DNA from: the human T2T-CHM13v2.0 reference genome, Homo sapiens
Assembly: GCF_009914755.1 (NCBI RefSeq)
Contig: NC_060928.1
DNA length: 64,000 nucleotides
Strand: one strand, 5' to 3'
A program made the translations under genes and the position numbers. Each line of letters begins with the position of its first letter. Position 1 is the stretch's first letter. The notes below the pieces were generated by a model. The model was not told the DNA's origin. It ran no database searches and saw only the letters and a program-made list of their open reading frames with translations. Shown here in pieces: positions 47,170-63,978 of this stretch.

Positions 47170-47551
47170 TATCTTAGTGAACACAGAAATATTGGCTCAC
47201 AGGATTCTCCCCATTGCATGATGTTTTTGCAGTCAGAAAACACCCTTTGTGTAAAGGAAACTGGGGGTGGGGTAGGAGAGGAATATGCTGACCCAAGACC
47301 TTTCTAAATTAATGGATGAAAAGGAGAAAGAAAGCATGAGAGGAAAACCTACTGGGAGAAAGCTTAGGTCTGTGCAGAAAGAAACACAATGGCACCGTTA
47401 GACGTATCTGAATGATATCTAATGTTGAGGATGCATTTATCTACAGTCTGACAGTGTCCACAGAGCACAAGGCAAGGGAAGCCAACTCACTTGTCATGAC
47501 ACTCTTGTTCTATGCTCTACCACATTGCCTTTGAAGTCTAAAGAAGATTCC

Positions 47552-48420
<869 letters not shown>

Positions 48421-48550
48421 GTATGTGGGTAAATACACGCTTACATTCCCAGAGAAAGTCAAGAGGAATGAACAAAATGTGCTGTTGGTTCTCATTCTAA
48501 TTCTATTATATCTTCCAATATAGACAAATTACATAGAGAATAGGAGTTCA

Positions 48551-48861
<311 letters not shown>

Positions 48862-49082
48862 AGAGAATAGGAGTTCAAGGGTGACTCCTCTTCTCTGCCT
48901 GTCCCCACCAGCTACTCAACTGGGGCACTTGTAACCTTGGCTCTTAGGGACCCCTTGTGGTTGCCTCTTAGGTCACTGCTCACACTCAATCTCATTGGCA
49001 CTCAATGTTCAAGCTCCCCTTACCCAGAGTATGACAGCATGTCCTTCCCAGCCCTTGCTGTGCGCTGTCAGCCATTCCATTT

Positions 49083-49216
49083 TGTTCTGAGGATAGGGTG
49101 GAAGAACTTACGATTCCTGTGTCAGGATCATGGATAGGACAACCAGAATTATCCCCCTGTGAAGATAGCTTCCTCTTAGCATGGGATCTGAGAGCTTGAG
49201 GCTGAAAGAATCTAGT
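49083..49216 (+). repeat. Diverged direct repeat, copy B
   Basis: Colinear with 48194-48329. Confidence 0.9.
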
Positions 49217-50065
49217 ATTCTGGATTGTCTACATTGTGTCTCCGGAAGAGGGGTTCGTGTGTATGAGAGGTAGTAAGAGGAAGGACAGCCCACCTTTCCC
49301 ACCACACTGAAAGACAAGAAAATAAGACTTATATTTGCATCTCTGGCAGGCCCCTGTGGACACCCAGTAAATGCCGGTAATGATGGCGCGTGACTTCTCA
49401 TTTACACGGTCTCTTTTAGTTTCTGCCCTAACCTGAATGTGGTGTCAAGGGAACTATTAACGGCTGCTATTCAGGGACATGTGACTTGGTATTTATATAT
49501 TACCTGCCCACTTCATAAAATGTTAATGAATGTTTGCAAAGCTCTTTGAAATACTCTGGTGAAAGGTGCAACATTAAGTGAAAAATATTATTATTATTAT
49601 TAGAAGGTAATAGACAGCTTTGAGTGATTGGTCATAAGAATAATTGACATAGCATTAAAAGAAGTGCCAGAAATCATCCAGATGGATTCAGCTTCTCCAG
49701 CCCCATCAGCCCCCACATTACATATATTACACTGTTTCCCTGACACCCATTCTAATAACCATATAATTCACACATTAAATCACCACTTCTAGGGAAAGGT
49801 TGAGCTCACTCATAGCTCTGTTGATAGTGACACTGAGAGGGTATTAAATGTTGAAAGGTCTAAAAGGGAGCAGAAGTGCTCTTAGATGGAGAGGCCAGAT
49901 CCAGTTGCTGAATGGCCACCACATTTAAGAGGGTGTGAGAGAGAAAGGAGTCAGAAACACTTTGGAAACAGAGAGGAAACTTTAAAATAGATGTGCGATT
50001 AGAAAGCTGTGAAAACAATAAAAATCTAAATAAGATGGGCCAATATCTGGCAATAGTCTTTATTT

Positions 50066-50378
50066 ATTTATTTATTTTTATTTTTTTTTTAATTTTTCAA
50101 GACAGAGTCTCACTCTGTCACCCAGGCTGAAGTGCAGTGGCGCGATCTCGGCTCACTGCAATCTTTGACTCCCTGGTTCAGGTGATTCTTCTGCCTCAGG
50201 CTCCTGAATAGCTGGGACTACAGGCGCATGCCACTTCGCCTGGCTAATTTTTGTATTTTTAGTAGAGATGTGGTTTCACCATGTTGGTCAGGATGGTCTT
50301 GATCTCCTGACTTCGTGATCTGCCTGCCTTGCCCTCCCAAAGTGCTGGGATTACAGGTGTGAGCCACCACACCCAGCC
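50066..50378 (-). mobile_element. AluSc-like
   Basis: TSD aatagtctttattt. Confidence 0.94.
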
Positions 50379-50511
50379 AATAGTCTTTATTTTTATCATA
50401 TACTCTCTCTGGTTTGAAAAATAATGGTGCACAAACAGATTATGCTTTTCTAACTCCTTAAATATGGAGTTGTTTAGTATTTCTCAGTCTACCTCATAAA
50501 ACTCAGTGTCC

Positions 50512-50700
50512 ATCAGGGTTGGCAAATTGGGTTGAACTTATTTGCTAACCGTAGTAGGATGACAGTAGCCGCCTGAAGTCCAGTGATGAGAACTGTGGGG
50601 CTCATTTGGACTCAGCAGGACAGACTGCTGTGATCCATTAGCAATGTCTGCCCCTGGGAGGGGAAGGGAGTGGGTGGCACGTATGTAGGCTAGGCCTGAC
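50512..50700 (+). mobile_element. hAT MITE (MER117-like)
   Basis: cagggttggcaaat start; gtgatccattagcaatgtctgccc; ggtggcacgtatg. Confidence 0.6.
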
Positions 50701-51419
50701 CAGGTGTGAGGGTTAGTGAAGAGGGCAGTTTGGACTCAGTTCAAGGTTGCTCTTGTTCTGACTTACAATCAAAGCTGCTAAATAGCAATGTAAAGGATTT
50801 ACTCTTGATAAAGGTTTAGATGGAAAGAAATGGCTTCTCTCTGCCTTGCTTTCTCATGGAGGATCAATTCAGTCTGGTGGCCTTGGCAGCCTGCATGCAG
50901 GAAGATGACCCCAGGTCACACAGAGTACAGAGAACTGTGGGCCTATGTCTCTTATGCCCTGGCTACATCAGCACTTAGAGACAACTCATGCGACCTACTA
51001 AGGCTTTCATTCTGTCCCTCTGCAAGCTGCATCTCCCAGGCCTAATGTCTGGGTTATGGGACCTTTGCTGCAGGGTCTGAGGATTCTCCACTTACATCCA
51101 CTACGCATGGGTAGGCCTGACGATGGCTCACCACAAACCACACTGTACCACACAGTGCCCATGCCACATCGTGGCTCTCAGAATGGCAGCCAGGAGATCT
51201 GTGAACCTCATTTGGATGCAAAGCTGCTTCTTGAAGTCTAATTGATTGTCATAAAGAAGTTCATATGTCAAACAATTTTGTTTCTAGAAGTTCGGCATTT
51301 TCTGATTTTCATTTGGCTTAGAAAAGTGGCATCGCCTCAACATGGTTTTATCAGCAGAGAAATGAAGAAGTGGGGACAGGTGGCTCTTTGGGATCATTTT
51401 CTCAATAAACGTTCATAAT

Positions 51420-51600
51420 AATGGTAATTGCTAACATTTATTGAGCACTTGCTATGCATGAAACATTGTCCATTTTATAGACGAAGATGCTGAGGCTTAG
51501 GAGAGGTTACTTTCTCAAGGACACACAAATAGAAAGTTAAGATTAGATGCGAAACCAAGCCAGTTGGACCGCAGCACCCACACCCTCACTCCCTGCTCTG
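51420..51600 (-). mobile_element. MIR
   Basis: gctaacatttattgagcactt...ccattttatagacgaagatgctgaggcttag. Confidence 0.75.
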
Positions 51601-52618
51601 CACTCCTCCCAGTGTTGTGCGGGTATGAATAATAGTTCCAGCAGATAAGGCCAAATTCTTTTGATCTTGCCTGGTGGTCTGTTAAACAGTCTTCATAGAG
51701 AACTAAAATAAAATATTTTGGTTGTCCATTCTCATCCTTTTATCTCACATGTGACCTTCGGATAATGTGACCACTGCAAATGTCATATTTACAGATTATT
51801 CAAAAGGTTTAAAGTATTGGATAACATTTCCCCTCTACTTTTCATTATTTGATTTAGAAAAAACTCATAATGAGACAAAAGAAATTGGTAACCTCTAACA
51901 TCAATAAACTTTTACTTGATGCCAGATGTCTCTTTTATTTAGGTTAATATATAGAAGCAATAGATATGTTAATTCTCTTCCTCCTTTAGGTGATATATTG
52001 TCGTTTAAACTACAAGAGTTCAGTATCCACTCTTATTAGCATCTTGGATTCTTTGTCAGTTGATTTTACTTTGTTGCTGTAGCAGGCAGCCTCTCATGTA
52101 ACTCTGTGTTCTTGGGTTTTATTGCTAGAAATGCACTGAGCACTTTTATAGTTTTACTGTGCATTCTCTTCAAGGCAAAATTGTTATGTCTATACTGATA
52201 TGCACTGTGTATAGGACATACCATTAAAAATCAACTTGTCACTGAGGAGCCTGAATCTGGGAATAGAATTACTGATGTTTCAGGATTCTAGTGAGGATCA
52301 TGGAATAAAATTTGGTGATTTCAAATTTGGGTTATGAATGCCTTTTAGCCATGTGAGGTTAAAATGGTTGAAATTTGGTAGTATAAAAAGTCACCGGTTT
52401 ATTAAAAATGGGTTTTTACCAGGACTCTCCTTGGTTCCCTTTGGTCAATTCCATTAGAAAATCATTAGCTGTTTACATAAATAATTGCAAACTGCTAGCA
52501 GGTAATGTGGAGATCTTAATCTTTTTTTTTTTAAGTGGAACTTAAAAAAATGTATGTTTAGATAAATTTTTCTCTTCTTTTCTCCCATCCACAATCCCTG
52601 CCCATTTCCCTACTTTAG

Positions 52619-52823
52619 ACAGACAGCAAGAAGAAACGAAACCAGAGGAGAAGAATGGAGCTGGATCGTCTGTGAAGACCCTGCCAGGCTGCAAAGAAGC
52701 TGCACTCGTAATGCAGAGAATGCAGCTGGAGGAGCTCTTTGATTTAACTGTTGTTACTGAAATCTGTGCAGCATCAAGTGACTTAGAGCAGGAAGTTATC
52801 TTAGAATTCTGGAAAGATTCAAG
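52619..52823 (+). other. Candidate exon, 205 nt, 67 open codons
   Basis: Long pyrimidine tract ending ctactttag, AAG|GTGATT donor; RQQEETKPEEK...EQEVILEFWKDS; not recognised. Confidence 0.3.
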
Positions 52824-53350
52824 GTGATTAGACAGTTGACGAGTGAGAGTTCAAAGCCGGTACCACTCATTTCAGGCAAGGTTTGGGCAGTGACATAAAT
52901 CCTTAGCCAAGAGCTATAATAGTCTCCTTTAGGCTCCTTGAAGGTAGGAGGCAGATCTTAATCCTTTCTGCATCTACAGTGAATTGTATAGAACAACAGT
53001 AGGTGCTTCATGAATAGCTGTCAGATGGTGGCTTTGTATATCACCAAAGGATGGGCCTCTCTGTCCCCTTGCAGCTCTGGTGCTCATGGATTAAATTGTT
53101 TGGTCCCTTTCAGTTCTTTCTATACCTGGCTTATTGGATACTCTCAACTACATAGTTGGAACCCTCCTTTTCCCATGCAGTAGTGTCTCCCATAAAGAAT
53201 TTTTGTCTAGATTCTGTAACTTGTCATCCATTTTTGATTACAAGAATGGTTCCTATTCTATTATTTAAGACTCATGCCTCTTCATTTTTAAAATTCAGTT
53301 TTGTGTGTGATTCAGATCTTGAGCCCTCCCCTCTCTCCAGCACAGGCTAG

Positions 53351-53952
<602 letters not shown>

Positions 53953-53980
53953 GCTACAGCTGTGGCTTTAATGACTTCAA

Positions 53981-54110
53981 GTGTGTGTATGTGTGTCTGT
54001 GTCTGTCGATACACATGATGTGTGTGTGTAAATGTGCATGATATGTGTGTGTTGGTATACATGTGTATAACTGTGTAACTTTGTATAGGTGTAGGTATGT
54101 GTGCACGTGA
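53981..54110. repeat. Degenerate (TG)n microsatellite
   Basis: Interrupted gtgtgt runs. Confidence 0.8.
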
Positions 54111-55259
54111 CTATGTATTTATGGCCAGGAGTTGGTCTGGTTTTCAGACATCTCCTCCCTCTTCTAAGAACTAACTTCTCCCAGGAACTGGGGGAGGGGG
54201 AAGAAAAGGGCGAACATCTCTCTGCCGTCCTGCACAAGTTTGCATGCTCCACTTGATTGGCTGTGTTGCTCTTTTTTCTCAGTGTCTGTGTAGGAGTGAT
54301 ATGGATGATGGTCATTGTCATTTTCCACTGACCAGGGACTCGCTTTCAAGTAGTTCCCCAAGTATTAGCAGGTCCTTTCAAGATACAGCTGGATCTTGCA
54401 GCAGACCCCTGGCTGGTTCTGTTCCACTGCATTTCTCATTGTCCTTCCTGCGGTGACAGTACCTAATCTTTGCTATCATCTGGAGCTAACCCAGTGCAAG
54501 ATCCATCCTCTATACCTTTCTCCTCCAGAAATTCTTGGCTTCCTCTTCCCTGGCAGTCTCATGCTTGCCTCTCCTGCCCTGTCATGTCACATCTCCGTAA
54601 TTCTCTTTTACATGGTCACAAGCACTGATGACAGATCATCACATCTTCTAGCTATGCAGTCATCTAACCAAGGAATGAAAGGCTGATCTCCTCTTCCTTC
54701 AGTCATTCCTGTCTTGACCAGTGAGTCTCTTGAGGCCCCTGATTGGATGAGCAGAGGGGATAGTCTCAAACACTTCACTCCCCTAGCCACATCCTTGCTC
54801 TAAATACCCGCTTTATACTGACTGGGGGATTGCAAGGGAGGCAGTTAGTGATAGGGCAAGTCCAGAGGTATTTCTTGGTACTTCTCGTAAGCTCTGGAGT
54901 GGGATGACCAGCCCGAAATAATGGCATACTTAGAATGTGACAGATTAAGTACCTTTGGTCCTAAGCGTTAGGCCTTAGCTGCAATTCTAAGACAATAAGA
55001 AAAGTCCTGGTATATTTTTACACAGACTTTAGATGTGCATTCTAACTATTTGTAGCCAAACTACCCTTACCTAAAAAAGAGCACAACATAAGAACTAAAA
55101 TGAGAAGCAAAAGGTAGATAAAGAATAAAATGAAACAAATACAAAATGAAAAGCAAAATATTAACATGTTATTTAGTACAAATACCATAAACTTGGTTCC
55201 CTTTTAATGATAATAATAGATTATTATGTGCCAAGTACTGTTCCAGGTACTTGACATGA

Positions 55260-55612
<353 letters not shown>

Positions 55613-55780
55613 ACAATAAGTTCATTTATTATTAGCATTGTAAAGATGAGCAAATGGAGACAGAGAGAGATAACCTGCACTTGGATGCCAAAGAGTGCAT
55701 CAGTAACAAATATAGTAAAAAGATATCAAGCTGCTTTTCCTAATTAGCACTCTATGGGTATGTGATGGTTAATTTTATGT

Positions 55781-56290
55781 GTCAACTTGACAAACGTGGG
55801 ATGCTCAAGTGTCTTGTTAGGCACTATTTCTGGGTGTGTCTGTGAGGGGTTTTTGGAAAATAATAGCATCTGAATCAGACTTAGTGGAGCCTATTGCCTT
55901 CTCCAACGCGGGCGAACAACATCCAATCCACTGAGGGGCCTAAATAGAACAAAAGGCAGAAGGAGGGAGGATATTTTTCATTCCTGCCTTCTTGCTTGAG
56001 CTAGGACCTTGCTCTTCTCCTGTCCTTAGAGTGGGACTTACACCATTGGTCCCCCTGGTTCTTGGGCCTTTAGACTCAGACTGAAATTACACCATTAGTT
56101 TCCTGGGTCTCCAGCTCATAGACAGCAGATTATGGGATGTCTCAGCCTCCATAATTATATGAGACAATTCTTCATTAACAATATGTATATGTATATGCAT
56201 ATATTCTATATATTCTATAATATGTACATGCATATATATTATATATAATATATGTATATAATTTTGGTTCTTTCCAAAGAACCTATTACA
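55781..56290 (+). mobile_element. MLT2 (ERVL) solo LTR
   Basis: tgtgatggttaattttatgtgtcaacttgac start; (TA)-rich tract; ttggttctttcc end. Confidence 0.88.
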
Positions 56291-56374
56291 GTGTGCCAAT
56301 TTCCAAAACAGCTTTTAGGTCATTGTAGCAAAATCTAAAAATTTTACTTGTTTAGCATCAAATCCTTCCGAAAG

Positions 56375-56565
56375 ACAGTGCGAGTGTAGTGGTTAAGAGC
56401 ATAGATTCTGGAACTGGACTATATGAGAGCAAATCTCAGCTCACCTTCTACTAGCTGGGTGGCCATTTATAGCTAGGGTTCCACCATCTCAGTTTCCAGT
56501 AAGTAGTGTTAATATTTAGCCTAAAGGGTTGTTGGCAGAATTAAGAGAATTGGTATGTCTAGAGA
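56375..56565 (+). mobile_element. MIR
   Basis: gtgtagtggttaagagcatagattctggaactggact. Confidence 0.75.
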
Positions 56566-56902
56566 CACACTGTCAAATAAAAGCAGTGCGTGAGGTGTAG
56601 ATGTAATTTAAAATTTTCTGAAGTAGCTACATTAAAAAAAAAAGAAGGAAAAAGAAACAGGTGAAATGAATTATAATAGGTTTTACTTAACCCAATATAG
56701 GCCTACCTCATTTTATTGTGCTTCACAGATACTGTGTTTTGTTGCAAACTGAAGGTTTATGGCAACCCTGCATCACACAACTCTATTGGCACCATTTTTC
56801 TAACAGCACATACTTACTTAGCAACTCTGCGTCACATTTTGGTAATTCTCATAATATTTCTAACCTTTTCACTATTATTATATCTGTTATGGTGATTTGT
56901 GA

Positions 56903-57232
<330 letters not shown>

Positions 57233-57920
57233 TAATTGTTTGAGAGCACCACGAACCGTACTCTCATAAGATGGGAAACCTAATTGATCAATGTTATGTG
57301 TGTTGTGACTGCTCCACCAACTGGCCATTCCTCCATCTCTCTATCCTTTACCTTGGGCCTCTCTATTCCCTGAGATACAACAAAATTGAAATTAGTCTAA
57401 TTAATAACCCTACAATGGCCTCTGAGTGTTTAAGTGAAAGGAAGAGTTGCATGTCTCTTACTTTAAATCAAAATCTAGAAATAATTAGGCTTAGTGAGGA
57501 AGGCATGTCAAAAGCCAGGATAGGCCAAAAGTGAGGCCCCCTGTGCCAGTCAGTCAAGATGTTAATGCAAAGAAAAAGTTCTTGAAGAAATTGAAAGTGC
57601 TACTCCAGTGAATACATGAATGATAACAAAGTCAAACACGCTTATTGCTGATACGGAGAAAGTTTGAGTGGTCTGGATAGAAGATCAAACTAGTCACAAC
57701 ATTCCCTTAAGACAAAGCCTAATCTAGAACAACATCCTAACTCTTCAATTCTATGAAGGCTAAGAGAGGTGAGGAAGCTGCAGAAGAAAAGTTTGGAGGT
57801 TGGTTAATAAGGTTTTAGAAAAGAAGCTGTCTCTATACCATAGAAGTGCAAGGGAAGCAGCAAGTGCTGATGTAGAAGCAGCAGCAAGTTATCCAGAAGA
57901 TCTAGCTAAGATCAATGATG

Positions 57921-58231
<311 letters not shown>

Positions 58232-58763
58232 ATGAAGGTGGCTACACTAAACAACAGATTTCCAATGTACACAAATCAGCCTTCTATTGGAAAAAAATGC
58301 CATCCAGGACTTTCACAGCTAGAGTGGAGAAGTCAGTGAGTGTTTTCAAAGTTTCAAAGGACATGCTGACTCTCTTGTTAGGGGCTAACGCAGCTGGTGA
58401 CTTTACGTTGAAGCCAATGCTCAGTTGCTATTGCAAAAATCCTATGGCCCTTAGGAATAATGCTAAATCTACTTTGCCTGTGCTGTATAAACGGAACAAA
58501 TAGCTTAGATGACAAAACATCTATTTATGGCATTGTTTACTGAATTTAAGCCCACTGTTGAGACCTACCACTCAGAAGAAAAGATTGCTTTCAAAATATT
58601 ACTAGTCATTGACAATGTACTTAGTCACCCAAAAGTTCTCATGAAGGTATACAGGGAGATTAATGTTGTTTTCACGCCTGCAAATATAACATCCATTCTT
58701 CAGCCCACGGATCAAGAAGTCATTTTGATTTTCAAGTCTTATTATTTAAGAAATACATTTCGT

Positions 58764-59091
<328 letters not shown>

Positions 59092-59659
59092 TCATGATTC
59101 CTCTGATAGCTCTGGACATAGTAAATTGAAAACCTTCTGGAAATGGTTTACCATTCTCGATGCCATTAAGAACACTTGTGAATCATGGGAGGAAGTCAAA
59201 ATATCAACATTAAGAGAAGTTTGGAAGAAGTTAATTCCAGTCCTCAAGGATGACTTTGAGGGGTTCAAGACTTTAGTGGAGGAAGTAACTGCAGATGTGG
59301 TGGAAATAGCAAGAGAACTAGAATTAGAAGTGGAGCCCGAAGATGAGACTGAATTGCTGTAATCTCATGATCAAACTTGAACAGATTAGGAGTTGCTTCT
59401 TATAGATGAGCAAAGGAAGTGGTTTCTTGAGATGAAATCTACTCCTGATGAAGATGCTGTGAACATTGTTGAAATGACAATGAAGGATTTAGGATATTTC
59501 ATAAACTTAGTTGATAAAGTAGTGACAGGGTTTGAGAAAAATGACTACAAATTTGGAAGAAGTTCCACTGTGAGTAAAACGCTATCAAACAGCATCACAT
59601 GCTACAGAGAAATCTTGTGTGAAAGCAGAGTCAGTTGATGCAACAAATTCATTTTTGTC

Positions 59660-59956
59660 TTTTTTTTTTTTTTTTTTGAGACGGAGTCTTGCCCTGTAGC
59701 CCAGGCTGGAGTGCAATGGCATTCTCCCGGCTCACTGCAACCTCCACCTCTTGGGTTCAATGATTCTCCTGCCCCAGCCTCCTGAGTAGCTGGGATTATA
59801 GGTGCCCGCCTCCACACCCAGCTATTTTTTGTATTTTTAGTAGAGACAGGGTTTCACCACGTTGGCCACGCTGGTCTGGAACTCCTGACCTCGTGATCTG
59901 CCCGCCTCAGCCTCCCAAGGTGCTGGGATTACAGGCATGAGCCACCATGCCTGGCC
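59660..59956 (-). mobile_element. AluS in Tigger1
   Basis: TSD catt(t/g)ttgtctt. Confidence 0.94.
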
Positions 59957-60147
59957 CCATTGTTGTCTTAATTCAAGAAATTGCCAAAGCCACCTCAACC
60001 TTCAGCAACCACCACCCTGATGAGTCAGCAGCCATCAACATCAAGAGAAGGTCCTCTACCAGCAAAAAATTTGACTTGGTGAAGACTCAGATGATAGTTA
60101 GCACTTTTTTAGCAATAAAGTATTTTTTACATTAAGGTATGTACATT

Positions 60148-60443
60148 TTTTTTTTTTTTTGAGACAGAGTTTCACTCTGTTGTCCAGGCTGAAGTGCAGT
60201 GGCGTGATCTCGGCTCACTGCAACATCCACTCCCCTGGGTTCAAGCAAGTCTCCTGCCTCAGCCTCCCAAGTAGCTGGGATTACAGGCACCTGCCACCAC
60301 GCCTGGCTAATTTTTGTGTTTTTAGTGGAGATAGGGTTTCACCATGTTGGTCGGGCTGATCTAGAACTCCTGACCTTAAGTAATCCGCCTGCCTTGGCCT
60401 CCCAAAGTGTTGGGATTACAGGCGTGAGCCACTGTTCCCAGCC
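60148..60443 (-). mobile_element. AluS in Tigger1 with 32-bp TSD
   Basis: taaagtattttttacattaa(g/a)gtatgtacatt at 60116-60147 and 60444-60475. Confidence 0.94.
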
Positions 60444-60523
60444 TAAAGTATTTTTTACATTAAAGTATGTACATTGTTTTTTTAAAACATAATGCTATTG
60501 CACACTTAATAGGCGATAGTTGA

Positions 60524-60559
60524 TAAAGCAGTGGCAAGGTATAGACTGCCACTGCTTTA
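60524..60559. repeat. Perfect 13-bp inverted repeat, 10-nt loop
   Basis: taaagcagtggca-aggtatagac-tgccactgcttta. Confidence 0.95.
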
Positions 60560-60746
60560 CACTAGACTAGTATAGTATAAACAATGTTTATATGCAGTGG
60601 GAAACCAAAAAATTTATGTGACTTGCTTTATTGCAATATTCACTTTATTGTGGTGGTCTGGAACCAAACCTGCAATATCTCTGAGGTATGCCTGTATATA
60701 TGAAATACTATCATATCGATGATGCATAATTAATATAAAGTTATTA

Positions 60747-61043
<297 letters not shown>

Positions 61044-61259
61044 TTAATGAGGTGTTTTAGATTCTTGTTCTTGTTTTGTGCCGAGTTTTTGGAATCTGGT
61101 GTGCATTTCACACTCAAAACATGCCTCAATTTGCACAAGTCTCATTGCATATGCCTAGTAGCCACATTTGGCTGGTGGCTGCCCTAGCAGAGGCACATGG
61201 AGAGTGTTATAGGAGGGTTAACTATTATTTTACCTTCCAATTTTTAAAAATTGATTGAT

Positions 61260-61850
61260 TCTCTTTTTCTCCACTGCCACACCTTAGACAAGTTTTTCAT
61301 CACCTTTGCCTGGAGAAATGTATTAGCCTCCTCACTTGGCCTCCCCACATTCACTAGCCACAGCTCCCTGCCATCTATTCTTCATTCTGATGTCCAGGAA
61401 TTCCTTCCAAAATACATGTCTGGTGGTATCCCCGCCCCAGTGCCCCTGAGCCTTCCTTGAACCACTCTCCTGCCTCTCTGGCCTTCAGGCACTAACCTTC
61501 CTTCAGCTCCATTCTCCTTCGTCAGTCCTTGGAGATGCCCCATTCATACCTCCTTTCTCCTTTCTGTCTGCCTCAGGAAGCATTTCCTAGTGGTTTCCAG
61601 TCCCTTGTCAAATGACTTTGTGAAAATGCTGTCATACAATCATATTTTTTTCTCCAAAGCTCTTGTCTCTACTTGTAATTTTGCTTTCATTCGTGGAATC
61701 AATTAATTAGCCTGTCTCCTGCCCTTACTAGACAGTAAATTCCTTCAGGGCAGGCAATGGATTTGTTTTATTCACCATTTTATCCCCTCCACCTAGCCCT
61801 ATGCCTGGCATCTTACAGGCTCTTGTGAAATAATTTGAATAAATAATTGA
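61260..61850 (+). mobile_element. L2 3' region
   Basis: ttctccactgccacacc...tagacagtaaattccttcagggcagg...atgcctggcatc. Confidence 0.75.
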
Positions 61851-62849
61851 AATCAGCAAATATGTAACTATTGTTACAAGACCTTACAAAAACAGAATGA
61901 AGGGAATTTAAAACAAGGAGAGAAATGCCACATTGTCAGCTTTTAGTTTAATTTAAAATTGTAAAGGGTAAGAACAGAGGGATTCTAGAATAGAATAATG
62001 CACCATGTAATAAGATTCAGAAAACTTCACAAACATGGAAATATGAACATTTAGACTGACATAAGGCACAGGCATGAGCAGACTGTGCCCTTTACCACCC
62101 CAACCGTATAAAATAAAAGGAGATGGGGAAGAGGAAGGAATATAGTGGGCCATATTCTACTTCTCTCATCCTTGAAAACTTAAGTATTTGATGGGCATAG
62201 AGAAGTCTGGGCGGTAAAGACAGAATGATCCCTCTCTAATACAGATTTAGATGATAGTCTTGCTTCCAAATATTCTGTACTCTTTTCTCTGTAACAGTTG
62301 AACTATCATGGAAATTCCAGTATTTCAGCAAGTCAACAACATATACTTATGTTTTCTGTATGCCATGTGCTAGGAATACAGTAGAAAACAATATAGCTGT
62401 CGTCTCTTTTATAGTGTGGATTTAGGGATGTTATTAACCTCTTATTTCCTTCCCTCTTAATTCTATGTTAGTTGAGCTCAGATGCCAAGAACTAGCTGAG
62501 GATTAAAGTACCATGTCAGGACATGTAAGACAAGTGACAGTAAAGGTAGTTCAATGAATCTCACTAATAAGATAAGAAATTCATTCTTCCCTAAAGAGAG
62601 AGACAGATGGTAGTGACAATGGAAAGAAAGGGAGAAGAATGCTCCCACATTTCTCCTTCCTGGAGTGTGGAGTGGATAACTGCTTCTTTCTAAGAAAACA
62701 TGAAGAATCCATGAGAACCTCCACTCACTGCTAACATCAAGCTTCTGGCTCATCAATTGAGTAGAGAGAGAACACTAGAAAGAGGAGTAGGTTGGAGTGA
62801 GCCAGAGAGGGGATGAATTTCTATTTTGGATGAGCTACATCCTGGTACC

Positions 62850-63210
62850 GTAATACATTCATCCCAAAATCTCAGGGACTTAACCCCACAAAGGTTTAGT
62901 TCTTACTTCTTGTGCACACGATGTCTGTTAATGCATTTGCAGCAGCCTTCCAAGCAGTGAAATAAATCCACTCACTTTCATCTTGTGGTTCTGTTACCCT
63001 CACCAGGGCTGCCAGATTGCCCGGAGCTGTGAGATCCTTGGCATTCACAGCCTTTGCATGGAAGGGACGTATATCTCTCTTATTCACAGTCCATTGTGCA
63101 GGGCTAGTCACGTGACTTTGCATAACTGCAAGAGGGCTTGTGGTGTTATTCTCTGTGTTCAGGAAGGAAGACAGCTGGATGTTAGTGAGCACTAAGAATG
63201 TCCATCACAT
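62850..63210 (-). mobile_element. MLT1J/I-like LTR
   Basis: cccaaaatctcagggacttaa...gctagtcacgtgact...gttagtgagcactaa. Confidence 0.7.
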
Positions 63211-63289
63211 AAATGGTGCATTTACAGTATCTGTGAAATATCCAGGTAGAACTATCCCCTAGGCAGTTGGATAGATGGGTCTGCAATGG

Positions 63290-63452
63290 CACATCTCAAA
63301 CATGTTGGTGCATAAGACTCATCTCCAGGACACTGTAAAAGATTCAGTTTCTTCAGTCCAACTCAGAGATTCTAATTCAGTAGGTCTGGAGTGAGGCTCT
63401 GGAATCTGAATTTCCAGACTCTGTAGAGACCATAATTTGATAAACACTTGTC
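63290..63452. mobile_element. MER5-type hAT MITE within an antisense L2
   Basis: cagagattctaattcagtaggtctggagtgaggctctggaatctg. Confidence 0.75.
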
Positions 63453-63534
63453 TAGAAAATTTGGCATTACATGGATGGTTCTAGCTGCCACTCAGGGAGA
63501 GGCAATCATCTATGGAAAGAAGAGAGCGGGGTGA

Positions 63535-63978
<444 letters not shown>

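Noticed and set aside
49380-49800. Enhancer-like unique block
   Set aside because: Part of it (gcaaagctctttgaaatac...gaaaggtgc...tattattatt) looks like an ancient SINE/L2 tail, and conservation cannot be assessed from sequence alone.
60524-60559. Rho-independent terminator or pre-miRNA
   Set aside because: Eukaryotic context with no U-tract; a 13-bp stem is too short for a canonical pre-miRNA.
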